Virus record (IMG/VR): IMGVR_UViG_2744054962_000001
Reading direction: 5' to 3' (one strand)
DNA: 64,000 nucleotides
DNA from: a virus
Taxonomy: Duplodnaviria > Heunggongvirae > Uroviricota > Caudoviricetes
Shown piece by piece: positions 29,500-40,014 of this stretch. A model generated the notes under the pieces. It was not told the DNA's origin and ran no database searches. It saw nothing but the letters and a program-made list of their open reading frames with translations. The position numbers and the translations under genes were made by a program. Numbering within the stretch: position 1 is the first letter of the stretch; the number at the start of each line of letters is the position of its first letter.

Positions 29500-30054
29500 T
29501 CAATCTTCCCTTTGTTTTGGGTAGTGTTGTGTTCGTATCGCATAGGAAGCTCCGTCATTTAAATAAGTTAGGCCACGCTCTTGTGTAAATCTCTTCACAT
29601 ATCTCTTGTATGTGGCCATCAGTTCTTCGCGTTCTGCCGCAAAGAATAAAATCTGTATGCCTTCATTGTCGGCAACTTTGAGCATTAAGTCAACTAAAGT
29701 ACCGTAAAGGTATTGAAGTTCACCTAAAGTAAGATTAAAAGACCCTTCGGGTTTGGCAAATACGTTAATTGGCTCTTCCGCTCCAAGAGCAGCATTCTGG
29801 AGCTGTTCTTGCTGCCTGTCAAGTTGAATCATGTCCACAAAACTAACGACAGATACACACAACCCATAAACATCAGCACCTAACATATTATGCATAGTTT
29901 CTGCGGCAACAGGATCTAAAGAAGGAGGGCAAAAGACTAAACGGTATCTAGCCTTACGAGCTTCATTGCCAGAGAAAACAAAGTCTATATCTAAATATGA
30001 CAGATCACCCGGCAATGAAGCCAAACCAGGTGTAACCAACTTATGCAAGTGCAT
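29500..30054 (-). CDS. hypothetical protein (reverse-strand orphan upstream of recombinase)
   Basis: 184 aa, no recognisable motif. Confidence 0.3.
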   Translation of the reverse strand: MHLHKLVTPGLASLPGDLSYLDIDFVFSGNEARKARYRLVFCPPSLDPVAAETMHNMLGADVYGLCVSVVSFVDMIQLDRQQEQLQNAALGAEEPINVFAKPEGSFNLTLGELQYLYGTLVDLMLKVADNEGIQILFFAAEREELMATYKRYVKRFTQERGLTYLNDGASYAIRTQHYPKQRED

Positions 30055-30193
30055 CTGTCTCGAATCCCTCTTTATTAGTATAAGTTGTCTTATTGTACCC
30101 TACCAAACGTTTATATGCATTGTTATGTATTATTTTGATTTTCAATATTACCTCCTAGAACGAAGGGTAGATTTCAAAAAACGCATCCTTAAT

Positions 30194-30220
30194 GATTCCA
30201 TACCTACTATGTATGGAATC
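30194..30220. promoter_or_regulatory. candidate tyrosine-recombinase core site (lox/dif-like)
   Basis: GATTCCATAC-ctactat-GTATGGAATC: perfect 10-bp inverted arms around 7-bp spacer, about 100 bp upstream of recombinase gene. Confidence 0.4.
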
Positions 30221-30321
30221 ATTGCCGAAAATGAGTTACTTTTACTCTTGATCCTATAAGAATCTATGCCTAATATACTGTTTACTTATACAGTACATCG
30301 GCGTAACTCGGTGATTGTCAT

Positions 30322-31425
30322 ATGAAAAATAGCTTTGACAGAGCACGCGCTGCGGAGAACACCTCAAAAGAGGCGATTGAGTATCTCGAAAGAGCATCTC
30401 AAATGCAGGCCGTTATGATCTCCCAGGTCAGCAATGACATGAGATTCTCGGACGCATTCATGTTATTCACTCGCTTATCTCTGCTGATAACCAGACGTCG
30501 GCCAGAGATCGCTGTTCATTGTATTTTGATACATGTTTTGCCGCACATTGCCGATGTAAAAGTAAGTGACATTAATAGGTTCATGGTGAACCAACTGGTC
30601 AACCCACTAATACTGGATGGCAAAATTGTTATGGGCCGCCGCGTTTTCTCTCTGATGAAGCAGTTCCTTAGCTGGTGCGCCTTCCAGGGGATGATAGACG
30701 TGTCACCGTTAAACGATATGTCACTTAACAAAGTTGCCGGTGGCGCAAAGCCCACACCTCGCGAGCGGAAGCTGACCGACGCAGAGGTATGGGTGTTCTG
30801 GAATATATGGGACTACTTCAATGTGTGTGCTGGTACAAAATGGGCGGCCAGGCTATGTCTTGTATCCGCAAGACGACCTGACGAAGTACTGCGGGCTAAA
30901 AAAAGTGAGTTCAATCTTAAGCGTGGGGTTTGGAATCAAGGCAAGAGGAACAAATCTGCCCGTGAGCATTCTCTGCCTTTAAGCTCATTAATGCGCACTT
31001 GTATTGAAGAGTTGTTCGAATATGGTAAAGACAGCCAGTGGCTCGTGCCTTCGAATAAAAAAATCGGGAAAGACCTTCCTATGTCTAAAGTGGCAATAGC
31101 CCAGGCATTACGTCGTATTCTGGAACGACCAGAACTGATGGAGCTTGAGCCATTTACACCCCGAGATTTGCGCCGTACTGCGCGTAGTTACTTCCCAGCA
31201 TTAGGCATAAGCCAGGAGGTATCACGTAAAATCATGAACCACAGTCTTGAGGGGATAGATCGGGTCTACGACCGGCACGATTATATGGACGAGATGCGAG
31301 ACGCCTTAGAAAGTTTCTCGACGTACATCGCATCAATCGTAGAGCAACCGGATTTAGACGAAATTGACCACAAATTCAAGGGAGATCGTCTATCAACAGA
31401 GCTTATTCGTGTAAATTTTTCATAG
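30322..31425 (+). CDS. tyrosine site-specific recombinase (Cre-like, no arm-binding domain evident)
   Basis: catalytic-domain pattern: ...SARRPDEVLRAKKSEF...HSLPLS...RDLRRTARSY...MNHSLEGIDRVYDRHDY (R, H-x-x-R, terminal Tyr region). Confidence 0.75.
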   Translation: MKNSFDRARAAENTSKEAIEYLERASQMQAVMISQVSNDMRFSDAFMLFTRLSLLITRRRPEIAVHCILIHVLPHIADVKVSDINRFMVNQLVNPLILDGKIVMGRRVFSLMKQFLSWCAFQGMIDVSPLNDMSLNKVAGGAKPTPRERKLTDAEVWVFWNIWDYFNVCAGTKWAARLCLVSARRPDEVLRAKKSEFNLKRGVWNQGKRNKSAREHSLPLSSLMRTCIEELFEYGKDSQWLVPSNKKIGKDLPMSKVAIAQALRRILERPELMELEPFTPRDLRRTARSYFPALGISQEVSRKIMNHSLEGIDRVYDRHDYMDEMRDALESFSTYIASIVEQPDLDEIDHKFKGDRLSTELIRVNFS

Positions 31426-31806
31426 AGACTTTATGGCCTCAACAACCTTTTGTGATGCGCCTTTCTCTTTACCGAATCGCTCGTTATATGCAGCAAGAAC
31501 CTGTTTTTCGTCCTCGTTAAGAGGAGCAGTGCCTTCTTTGTATAAAAATGCTGCGAGTTCGGGTTGGCGTTCTTCCAGCACCATCATCATAAGACGACTT
31601 GGCTCAATACCCAGTGCCAGCGCCAGCGGACGAACCTTATCGATAGGCAAAGGAATTTTGCCGCTTTTAATTAAAGAAAGGTTGTTGGCGTTTTTATACC
31701 CAATTGTTTTGGCTATCTGGGCCTGGCTCATAGGTGAGGATTCAATCAACCCTGCGATAAAAGCAGCGTAGCGACTTTCTATAAATTCAATCTTGTTATC
31801 AGACAT
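31420..31806 (-). CDS. HTH (XRE-like) transcriptional regulator, candidate repressor
   Basis: 128 aa, helix-turn-helix at MSQAQIAKTIGYKNANNLSLIKSGK; convergent with recombinase. Confidence 0.55.
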   Translation of the reverse strand: MSDNKIEFIESRYAAFIAGLIESSPMSQAQIAKTIGYKNANNLSLIKSGKIPLPIDKVRPLALALGIEPSRLMMMVLEERQPELAAFLYKEGTAPLNEDEKQVLAAYNERFGKEKGASQKVVEAIKSL

Positions 31807-32057
31807 GGTTACAACCTTTGCGCGTTCAATTCTCTCTGGTAAGTGCTTACCGATATTACATCAAAGGTTATGGTTGTAAAGCTATTATCATTTTTTTCGA
31901 TAGGCACTTAAAAGACCGGTTAAAGGCCATTGCACGGAGAAAAATTAGCCAAAAATAGGTAAGAAAATCAACTTGCATATGATATGAATGTATTCAGTAT
32001 TGATACAAATTTTAGTAGTATTCCTTACCATAGTATAAGTTAGAATGGATTGATTGA

Positions 32058-32270
32058 ATGAACACCACTATTTCCAGCCTAATCGCTCTTGAGATCGGAC
32101 ACGTACAGAAATTAGTTGATGAGTGTGTAGCTGACATCCTCACCGATCTACCGAATGAGCAGATTCAGGTTGGTGTGAATGACACAACTGGATTTATATT
32201 CGAACTTAACAACAAACGCTTCACGCTTCTCAATACCGGCTCCGGGTCTTTAGCCGTCAGAATCTGTTAA
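32058..32270 (+). CDS. hypothetical protein
   Basis: 70 aa ORF followed by stem-loop CTGCGCGAA...TTCGCGCAG. Confidence 0.25.
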   Translation: MNTTISSLIALEIGHVQKLVDECVADILTDLPNEQIQVGVNDTTGFIFELNNKRFTLLNTGSGSLAVRIC

Positions 32271-32368
32271 CCCCTCTTCTCCCTGCGCGAATGGCTTAGT
32301 TCCCTGTTCGCGCAGTGCTACATTAAACACACTAGTAAATAATTTGTTTTCATAACAAAGGATTAGCC

Positions 32369-34477
32369 ATGTCTAAAAAACGTTCCATCAAAGAGGTTCA
32401 GGACTTCCGTGACAGTGTAAAACGAGTAGTCGCTCTCCTTTCAGGTAAAAACATCCCTGTTGCAGAACGAGGGGACGACGCTTATGTACGCTATAACGAT
32501 GATGGAGAGCCAATTCTCGTAAACATCCCATCAATCCCGGATAACGCAACACCGGCATTGATGAATGCTGTGCGCGGATTTCTCGATCATGAGGTTGCTC
32601 ACATTTTGTTTACCGATATTCGTGTGTCCAACAAAATGAGAGAAAAAGGACGCGTTCCTTCCTGGTCGCTATGGAATGCCTTAGAAGACGTGTTCATCGA
32701 GCGAAAAATGGGTCAGGTCTTTAACGGAACAAGACGTAATCTGATGGCAACTCAGCGCCTTATAATCGAAAAAGTCTTTAAACCAAAGGCTTCAGAGGCT
32801 ATTGCTTATTGTGGCAAAGATCAGCGCGCGCTTTTTCTAAACTTCTTTCTCTGTCCGGTTGTAAGAGCCTGGGATGGCCAAGCACCGTTCGTAGATTTCA
32901 TGGATGAATATTGGCCTGTCATTGAGAAACCAATTTCATTATTAAAAGAACATGGTATCGATGTGGCCGTGCGTAACATGTCTTGCACCGAGGATTGTGT
33001 AAAGGTGGCTGCGACCATAGCTAAGATCCTCAAAGACACTGAAAGTGAAAGCAAAGGTAAGGAGTCAGCTCCGGGAAAAACTTCCGATCCTTCAGACGCT
33101 GACCAGACGGATGCCTCTGGAGAAAACAATGAAGATAACGAAGATCATGAGACACCCTCAGCGTTAGATAATCACAAATCTATCAAATCAGAATCACACA
33201 GTAAGCACAAACATGATAATAATGACAGTGATGATTTAGATAATTCTGAATCATCAGAAACAATATTCGATGATACAGAAAATGATAAAGAGGTATCAGA
33301 TTCTGATGCTTCTGATAACGCGGCGTCAGAATCATTAACCGCTGACCACGAAAAAAGAAAAACGACAGAAGACGGCTCTTCAGATATTCCAACTCCGTCA
33401 AAAATGAGTCTGGAAGAGGCTTTAGAGGAGCTGGATAGCATAGAAGATGAAGTCGGAGGCATGACAGAAGATGCTCTATCCGAAACGATTAAAAGCGAGT
33501 TAACAGAAAGCTCGAAAAGCGAATACAGGCCATACAATCGCTCATACGACTTCATCGGCTCGATTGATCAGGCAGAAGCCCATATCAAACGGCTTATTAA
33601 AACATTCTCCGATATTGATTTAGGAGGATGTCCAATCAGCCGCTATCGCATCGTTCCTGAAGGCAACCAGCTCTTCGACAAATATATTGAAAAGCATCTT
33701 TCGTCAGGTGTTTCGTCGACGCTGGCAAAAGACCTGGAGCGAGCAATAGCAAGCAGAAACAGAGTTCAGTTTATACCGGGCCAGCGTCGGGGGCGCATTC
33801 ATGGTTCTAGTATCTACAGATTAGCAATGAATGATGATCGCGTGTTTCGTAAAAAAGAAGAATCTAAAGCCGTTAACGCCTGTGTTCAACAAGTGATTGA
33901 TTTATCAGGTTCAATGAGGGGTATAACGATACAATTGGCTCTTGCAAGTGCATATACCATCGCCGATGCCCTTGATCGAATAAATGTTCCCAACATTATC
34001 ACCGGCTTCACTACATTTGGTAGTCATATGGCGGCAGGAGAACTTAAGGCTGTCAAGTATGAGTTCTCTCGCTTTGAATCTTTAATGCTACCTATCATCA
34101 AAAATTGGAATGAAAAGGTAAATTCTCGCGAAGTTCGCTCACGTATGGGGTGCGTAGGCTACACATTCCCACTTCTTAATAACGTGGATGGTGAAAGCAT
34201 AGCCAGCCTTGCATCGTTATTTTCCGGTCGCATGGAGGACAGGAAGATCATGCTTGTTCTGAGCGATGGCGAGCCGTGGGCTGTTGGGAGAGGTTTTGAC
34301 GCTCATTTGCGTTCGGTTGCGAAGCAAATTGAAACGCAGACTGACATTGATTTGATGGCAATTGGCATCATGACTGACGCACCGGAGAGATTTTACTCAA
34401 ATCATGCCCTGGTAACGAGCGTTGATAGTCTTGGTTCATCTGTAGTTACTGAACTATCTCGTATCATTTTAAAGTGA
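32369..34477 (+). CDS. CobT-like vWA-domain protein with hyper-acidic linker
   Basis: 702 aa; central Asp/Glu/Ser-rich low-complexity region; C-terminal vWA-like region (DLSGSM); paired with downstream MoxR/CobS-like ATPase. Confidence 0.55.
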   Translation: MSKKRSIKEVQDFRDSVKRVVALLSGKNIPVAERGDDAYVRYNDDGEPILVNIPSIPDNATPALMNAVRGFLDHEVAHILFTDIRVSNKMREKGRVPSWSLWNALEDVFIERKMGQVFNGTRRNLMATQRLIIEKVFKPKASEAIAYCGKDQRALFLNFFLCPVVRAWDGQAPFVDFMDEYWPVIEKPISLLKEHGIDVAVRNMSCTEDCVKVAATIAKILKDTESESKGKESAPGKTSDPSDADQTDASGENNEDNEDHETPSALDNHKSIKSESHSKHKHDNNDSDDLDNSESSETIFDDTENDKEVSDSDASDNAASESLTADHEKRKTTEDGSSDIPTPSKMSLEEALEELDSIEDEVGGMTEDALSETIKSELTESSKSEYRPYNRSYDFIGSIDQAEAHIKRLIKTFSDIDLGGCPISRYRIVPEGNQLFDKYIEKHLSSGVSSTLAKDLERAIASRNRVQFIPGQRRGRIHGSSIYRLAMNDDRVFRKKEESKAVNACVQQVIDLSGSMRGITIQLALASAYTIADALDRINVPNIITGFTTFGSHMAAGELKAVKYEFSRFESLMLPIIKNWNEKVNSREVRSRMGCVGYTFPLLNNVDGESIASLASLFSGRMEDRKIMLVLSDGEPWAVGRGFDAHLRSVAKQIETQTDIDLMAIGIMTDAPERFYSNHALVTSVDSLGSSVVTELSRIILK

Positions 34478-34572
34478 ACAAAACAGCCTTAACGATAAGT
34501 AACCACTTACGATAGATAATGATATATTTATATAAGAAGTTGAACGCTCATTAGAAAACAAAGGAAAAACGC

Positions 34573-35808
34573 ATGACTACTACTGCACTGCAAAATGAAA
34601 AAAATCCTTCTGATTACCTTGTTTGCAAATGGTGCGGAAAATCATTTCACTATTTTAAGTCCCATGTAGCCAATGGTAATTGCGAGGGCATTCCTGAGTC
34701 AGTAAAAGATGCCGATCCTGACACCGTACTGAAAATGTACACAACACAGTTTCCAGATGAGCCAACGCTATCGAAAAAGGCACTTGATGCAATTCAAGCT
34801 AAACGTGCCGAGCAAAAAAGCGAAATGACCAAATCATCTGGCGTGACCAGTAGCCCAGGCTACACAGGCACAGTTGAGTACAAGACAGATCTGGTCGCAG
34901 CTCACGAACTGCTAAATGTAACGGTGAAAGAACTCGGAACAAAACGTGGGACGCCGCTCATGGTTAGCGTCAACGTCAATACGCCGTTTCCAGAGTTCGT
35001 TCCAGAAGTGAAGAAGGGCTACGTATATGGCGACTTCGAACTGATCAAAGACATTTTCATGATGCTTGAACTTGGCATACCTGGCTATTTGTGGGGTCAT
35101 GCAGGAACAGGCAAATCTTCATTGCCTACACAACTATGTGCTTTGCTCAATCGTCCGTTAATCCGTGCCCAACATACAGCATCAATGGAAGAGGCTCATG
35201 TTACGGGACAAATTCTGGCGCGTGATGGCTCTACGTATTTCGAGCCTGGCTTGCTTGCGCTCGCAATGAAGCATGGCTGGGTTTACCTCGCGGATGAATA
35301 CGACTTTGCGTTTCCACAAATTCTTGGCGTGTATCAGCCAGTGCTGGAAGGTGAAGCGTTAGTCATCAAAGAGGCAACTCCAGAATGGCGTCGCATTACT
35401 CCGCATGAACGGTTTGCTTTCATTGGCACTGGCAACACGAACGGATCTGGTGATGAAACCGGCTTGTACCAGGGTACAAACATCCAGAACGCCGCGAACT
35501 TTTCGCGTTTTGGCATCGTTTCGAATGTGAAATACATGAGCAAAGAGGCAGAGATCAACATGTTGATAAATGCCGGTATCGTGGATGAATACGCAGAAAA
35601 GATGGTTAAGTTTGCCGGTATCGTTCGCGATGGATACGAAGAACACCTTATCAGTCAGCCAATTGGCCCTCGTGAACTTTTGTTGTCGGCCAAGATTGGA
35701 ATGATGCGAGGCGACTTTGTGACAGGTATTGAGCGTTCTTTCATTAACAAACTCCCTTCAGCTTCTGCACAAGCGGCTCGTGAAGTTGTTCAAAAAATAT
35801 TTGGTTGA
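34573..35808 (+). CDS. CobS/MoxR-like AAA+ ATPase
   Basis: Walker A GHAGTGKSS, Walker B VYLADEYD; N-terminal Cys/His cluster. Confidence 0.65.
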   Translation: MTTTALQNEKNPSDYLVCKWCGKSFHYFKSHVANGNCEGIPESVKDADPDTVLKMYTTQFPDEPTLSKKALDAIQAKRAEQKSEMTKSSGVTSSPGYTGTVEYKTDLVAAHELLNVTVKELGTKRGTPLMVSVNVNTPFPEFVPEVKKGYVYGDFELIKDIFMMLELGIPGYLWGHAGTGKSSLPTQLCALLNRPLIRAQHTASMEEAHVTGQILARDGSTYFEPGLLALAMKHGWVYLADEYDFAFPQILGVYQPVLEGEALVIKEATPEWRRITPHERFAFIGTGNTNGSGDETGLYQGTNIQNAANFSRFGIVSNVKYMSKEAEINMLINAGIVDEYAEKMVKFAGIVRDGYEEHLISQPIGPRELLLSAKIGMMRGDFVTGIERSFINKLPSASAQAAREVVQKIFG

Positions 35809-35988
35809 TCGTGCGTAAAGGATGTTTCGGCTCTCTTATCGCTGCTTCTGAAACTGGTAAGGCTTGTCTGGTATGTCCAGACAAGCCCGATTGTCACCAA
35901 TCAGCAAAAGAAGTTGCGATTTCGATGTATGGGAAGTTCGTAGGCTTCCCCAATGACAAAATCAAAAAAACCATAAAGGTAAAAACAC

Positions 35989-38900
35989 ATGAAAGCACTG
36001 ATGGTTCGAACTGACTTCTCACTTGGGGAGTCGGCTCTAAAAGCAGAAAACGCGGTGAAGATTGCCAGAGAAGCTGGCTACACCGCTGTAATTTCAGCAG
36101 ATAGCATGAATATTGCGAGTGTTATTCCACTACAACGTGCCGCTGGTGACGACATGGCGGTTATTTGTGGTGTGAAACTAAATATCGTTGATGATCCTAC
36201 ATACGAGCACCGGGCTAAACTTGCTAAAGAATCTATGAGATGTATGGAATCATTAGAGCGGGGACGTAACTACTCGTTTACCGCTCTAATTAAAAATGAG
36301 CAAGGATATCGCGACATCTGCGAACTAATGACGGTGGCCAACACACGAGAACAGTTCTACTTTGTACCGCGTCTCTCGCTCGAACAGTTGGTTTCTACAT
36401 ATGCCAAAGGCAACATCATCCTGCTCACTTCCGACATCGGTAGCGTGTTCCAACGCAACGATTTTGCAAAAATCATAAGCTCACTGATTACAGCGGGCGG
36501 GAAAGACAACTTCTATAGCGTGGTTTATCCGCACCCTACCCCATTCTACGACCAGATTAACGTCCGAGCGATGAAAGTAGCCAGCGCACTGAAAATAGAG
36601 CCAGTAGCGTTCTATCCCGCTTATTACGAATCGATCGACGATGCAGACATTAAAGACATTGCGCACATGGTTACGAACAACATAAAAATCGACCAGCCGC
36701 ATCGTCTGCGTATCCCCCACCAGCGAGATAACGCCATCAATGGTCGTCGCCATCTCCTTGAGGCGCTTAAAGCCTTCTCCGTTCGCATGGATGTGCCGGT
36801 AACAGCTGCAATGGCCTCAACAACGCAGGACTCCATTATCGATGCCTGCACATGGCGCTGGCATGAATTGCCACCAGCACTGCCCAAGATGGCAGACGAC
36901 GAACCTGCAACGCTGATGAAACTGGCTGTTGCAGGGCTGCGTAAACGTCTTACCACAAAAGAGTTTGGATACACACCACCTGCTTCTGAGAACAGGGTTT
37001 ATGTTGAGCGGCTAAAGTACGAAATGAACACGCTGACTCGCCTGGGATTTTGTGGTTACTTCCTGATGGTACGCGATCTGATGAATCACAGCCGTGAAAC
37101 TGGCATTCCTGTCGGGCCTGGTCGTGGTTCCTCTGCCGGTTCTCTGGTGGCGTGGTGCATAGGCATAACCAACGTCGACCCAATCCGTCACGGTCTTCTG
37201 TTTGAGCGTTTCATCAACCCTGAGCGTCTCGACTTGCCGGATGCGGACTTGGACTTCAGCCAGGCACGTCGCCATGAGGTGATCGAGTATCTGAATGAAC
37301 GCTACGGCGAAGATTACGTTGCAGGCATTCCGAACTTCACCTACCTGGGCGCAGCCTCTGCACTACGTGACACCGCTCGTATTTATGGTGTGGAGTCCGC
37401 AGATATGGCGGTATCAAAAGAACTGAAGAACGTCGAGGATGATAGCCTTCCATTGGAAGAGCTGCGCGAACAACTGGCAAGTCTCGACAAATACGCAACA
37501 AAATATCCTGATGCATTCAATGCAGCCTGCAAGTTACAAAGCCTTATGCGTGGCTTTGGTAGACATGCGGCAGGGATGATTGTAGCAGGTGTTCCTCTGA
37601 CAGAACGTACACCGGTTGAGCGCCGTGGTGACGCGCGTTGTATCGCATTTGACAAGCGTTACTGCGAGGCTATGGGCCTAATTAAGCTGGACGTGCTTGG
37701 CCTGGCAACTCTCGATTTGCTCGATAGTGCAAAACGCTACATAAAAGAGAACACAGGTGAAGATATCAATCTTGATGCCATTTCTCTTGAAGATCGCAAG
37801 GTGCTGGATGGTTTTGCTGCAGGGTATACACAGGGCGTATTCCAGCTGGAGTCCGGCCCCATGCGCAAGCTGCTTAAAGATCTAGGCGGTGGCATTGAGC
37901 CAATGAGCTTTAAAACCGTTGTCGCCACGACCGCACTCTTCCGACCTGGCCCGATCCAATCCGGCATGTTGGACGACTATGTCTCCGTGGCCAAAGGCTT
38001 CATGGCTCCACATTCAATTCATCCGCGTCTTGAGGAAGTCACCCGGGAGACTAATGGTGTTTTGCTCTATCAGGAACAAATCATGCAAAGTTCCCGAGTA
38101 CTTGCCGGGTTCTCTATGGCCGAAGCAGACGCTCTGCGTTCCGCTATCGGTAAAAAGAACATGGATAAGATGAAAGCGATCGGCAGCGATTTTGTAGAAC
38201 GAGCACAAGCAGGCTGGGTGACACTGTCACTCAAAAATGGAGGCACTGTAGAGGTTCACAAACACGCAAAACTGGATTGCTCAGACGGTAAGCGTAGAAG
38301 CTACAGCGAGGCTATTAGTGACGGCATAGACTACGTGGAGATCGTCTCTGAACAAGAAGGTCTCAGTAAGGAAAAAGCCCAAGAAATATGGGACGCCTTT
38401 GAGAAGTTCGGTGGATATGCCTTCAATAAATCACACTCCGTTGCTTATTCTTTAATCAGTTATCAGTCTATGTGGTTAAAGACACATTACCCTGCTGAGT
38501 TCTTCGCTGCTGCGCTCACCATTCTGGGCGAGGATAAGCACCAGGGGCTGGTTAAGGATGCGCTGACCTATGGCATTCGCGTATTGCCACCAGACGTTAA
38601 CGTGTCATCTAACCGAATCGAGATCCGCACGCTTGAAGATGGCAGCCAGGTGCTGTATGCGCCATTCTCTGCTGTGAAAGGCTGTTCTGAAAATGGTTGT
38701 CAGGCAATTATGCGTGCGCGTGAGAAAGTTGGTGGCAAATTCGAGTCAGTGGCACAATTCGATGAAGCGGTCGAGAAGCGTGCATGTAACAGTCGTGTAC
38801 GCGAGTCGCTTCATAAAGTAGGGGCTTTTGCGTCAATTGAGCCAGGCAGTCTGCCAGCAACTGATCCTGAACGACTGCGCGACCAGGCTGAGCTGATGGG

Positions 38901-39495
38901 CAATCTCATCATTGACGCTGTTAAAGCATCACGTCCGTTCGAAATGAATCCTAAGCGTTCTGCCGAAATCAACGTACTCATGACACGTATGGCGGCTGAA
39001 ATGGGCTTGGGTGAGGAGTTGATACGCCCGACTATTGGTATTAAACCCAAAATCATGATCATTCTGGACAATGCGAACGGCAATGACGCTCGTACCGGCT
39101 ACTTCATGGAGAACGGATACGACGACTTTAAGGCAAAACTACTGACAGTTGGAGATCTGCGCATGGGCGATCTTTATGTCACGGGTGTTTGTAAGAAGGT
39201 TAAGGACAAAGAGAAAGACTATACCAAAGACGAGATAGGCCAGTTCACAGACTTTATGCGGGAAGAAATTAATCTTGTACGACCAACCTACATTTTGACG
39301 TGTGGTAGTCGTTCAACCGCACTATTTAACAATAAGAGTAAACCATCAGATCTGATTGGTCGTAAGGAGTACTTCCCAGAGCTTGATGCAACCGTCTTCT
39401 ACGGATTTAACCCGAATATCCTGTACTTCCGACCGGAAGAAGGAGAGCGACTGGAGGCCATTCTGGCTGATATCGCGGAGACAATAAATAAGTAA
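35989..39495 (+). CDS. DNA polymerase III alpha-type (DnaE-like) replicative polymerase with N-terminal PHP domain
   Basis: 1168 aa; N-terminal PHP-like region, polymerase core motifs (GPGRGSSAGSLVAWCIGITNVDP; LGLIKLDVLGL; LFRPGP). Confidence 0.85.
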   Translation: MKALMVRTDFSLGESALKAENAVKIAREAGYTAVISADSMNIASVIPLQRAAGDDMAVICGVKLNIVDDPTYEHRAKLAKESMRCMESLERGRNYSFTALIKNEQGYRDICELMTVANTREQFYFVPRLSLEQLVSTYAKGNIILLTSDIGSVFQRNDFAKIISSLITAGGKDNFYSVVYPHPTPFYDQINVRAMKVASALKIEPVAFYPAYYESIDDADIKDIAHMVTNNIKIDQPHRLRIPHQRDNAINGRRHLLEALKAFSVRMDVPVTAAMASTTQDSIIDACTWRWHELPPALPKMADDEPATLMKLAVAGLRKRLTTKEFGYTPPASENRVYVERLKYEMNTLTRLGFCGYFLMVRDLMNHSRETGIPVGPGRGSSAGSLVAWCIGITNVDPIRHGLLFERFINPERLDLPDADLDFSQARRHEVIEYLNERYGEDYVAGIPNFTYLGAASALRDTARIYGVESADMAVSKELKNVEDDSLPLEELREQLASLDKYATKYPDAFNAACKLQSLMRGFGRHAAGMIVAGVPLTERTPVERRGDARCIAFDKRYCEAMGLIKLDVLGLATLDLLDSAKRYIKENTGEDINLDAISLEDRKVLDGFAAGYTQGVFQLESGPMRKLLKDLGGGIEPMSFKTVVATTALFRPGPIQSGMLDDYVSVAKGFMAPHSIHPRLEEVTRETNGVLLYQEQIMQSSRVLAGFSMAEADALRSAIGKKNMDKMKAIGSDFVERAQAGWVTLSLKNGGTVEVHKHAKLDCSDGKRRSYSEAISDGIDYVEIVSEQEGLSKEKAQEIWDAFEKFGGYAFNKSHSVAYSLISYQSMWLKTHYPAEFFAAALTILGEDKHQGLVKDALTYGIRVLPPDVNVSSNRIEIRTLEDGSQVLYAPFSAVKGCSENGCQAIMRAREKVGGKFESVAQFDEAVEKRACNSRVRESLHKVGAFASIEPGSLPATDPERLRDQAELMGNLIIDAVKASRPFEMNPKRSAEINVLMTRMAAEMGLGEELIRPTIGIKPKIMIILDNANGNDARTGYFMENGYDDFKAKLLTVGDLRMGDLYVTGVCKKVKDKEKDYTKDEIGQFTDFMREEINLVRPTYILTCGSRSTALFNNKSKPSDLIGRKEYFPELDATVFYGFNPNILYFRPEEGERLEAILADIAETINK

Positions 39496-39500
39496 TAAAG

Positions 39501-39525
39501 AAAACCCGCCTGTTGGCGGGTTTAT
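39501..39525 (+). terminator. rho-independent terminator after polymerase gene
   Basis: CCCGCC-tgtt-GGCGGG then TTTAT. Confidence 0.6.
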
Positions 39526-39798
39526 AAAGAATTATGGCGCTTGTTGAGGAAGTCACTCCTCTTACGCACTTTGTTTTGCCATGCCGGCAGTTAGCTTCTG
39601 CCTTTGACTATTCATGCGGCAACCCCGCATTTCGCCACAATGGGCAATTCACTTTTATGGAATAAACTGGCCGTTGTGTCGATTTAATTAGCATGGCCTT
39701 ACCATGCTAATTTATTCAACTTGTACAATCCTACAAATCTATCCACTCAGGCTTACACCGTCTTCGTTATTGTAGAAATGAGGATCATCAGCGTTGAA

Positions 39799-40014
39799 TC
39801 AGCTTAGAGCAACGACATTTGCTGCTGCTGGGCCTTTAGCACCATTCTCGATAGAGAATTCGACCTGCTGGCCTTCTTCCAAAGTGCGGAAATTATTACT
39901 CTGAATTGCCGAAAAATGTACAAAAACATCTTTACTGCCATCAGCAGGAGAAATAAAGCCAAAGCCTTTATCAGAGTTAAACCATTTTACTAAACCAGTC
40001 ATTTTATTAGACAT
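39799..40014 (-). CDS. cold-shock protein (CspA family)
   Basis: [23 protein letters not shown]...[12 protein letters not shown]1/RNP2-type cold-shock domain; start at internal Met of the track ORF. Confidence 0.8.
   Translation of the reverse strand: MSNKMTGLVKWFNSDKGFGFISPADGSKDVFVHFSAIQSNNFRTLEEGQQVEFSIENGAKGPAAANVVALS

Noticed and set aside
28415-31425. Possibility that the recombinase marks a satellite or island integrated into the tRNA-Ser gene
   Set aside because: I could not find a direct repeat of the tRNA 3' end downstream of the recombinase, and the recombinase lacks an arm-binding domain. A Cre-like resolution role with the nearby inverted-repeat site fits better, but this remains untested.
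33172-33555. Minus-strand ORFs (127 aa, 72 aa) inside the cobT-like gene
   Set aside because: They fall in the acidic low-complexity coding region, where antisense frames are open by composition.
36481-37655. Several minus-strand ORFs (77-116 aa) inside the DNA polymerase gene
   Set aside because: Embedded antisense frames within a long conserved gene; no supporting signals.
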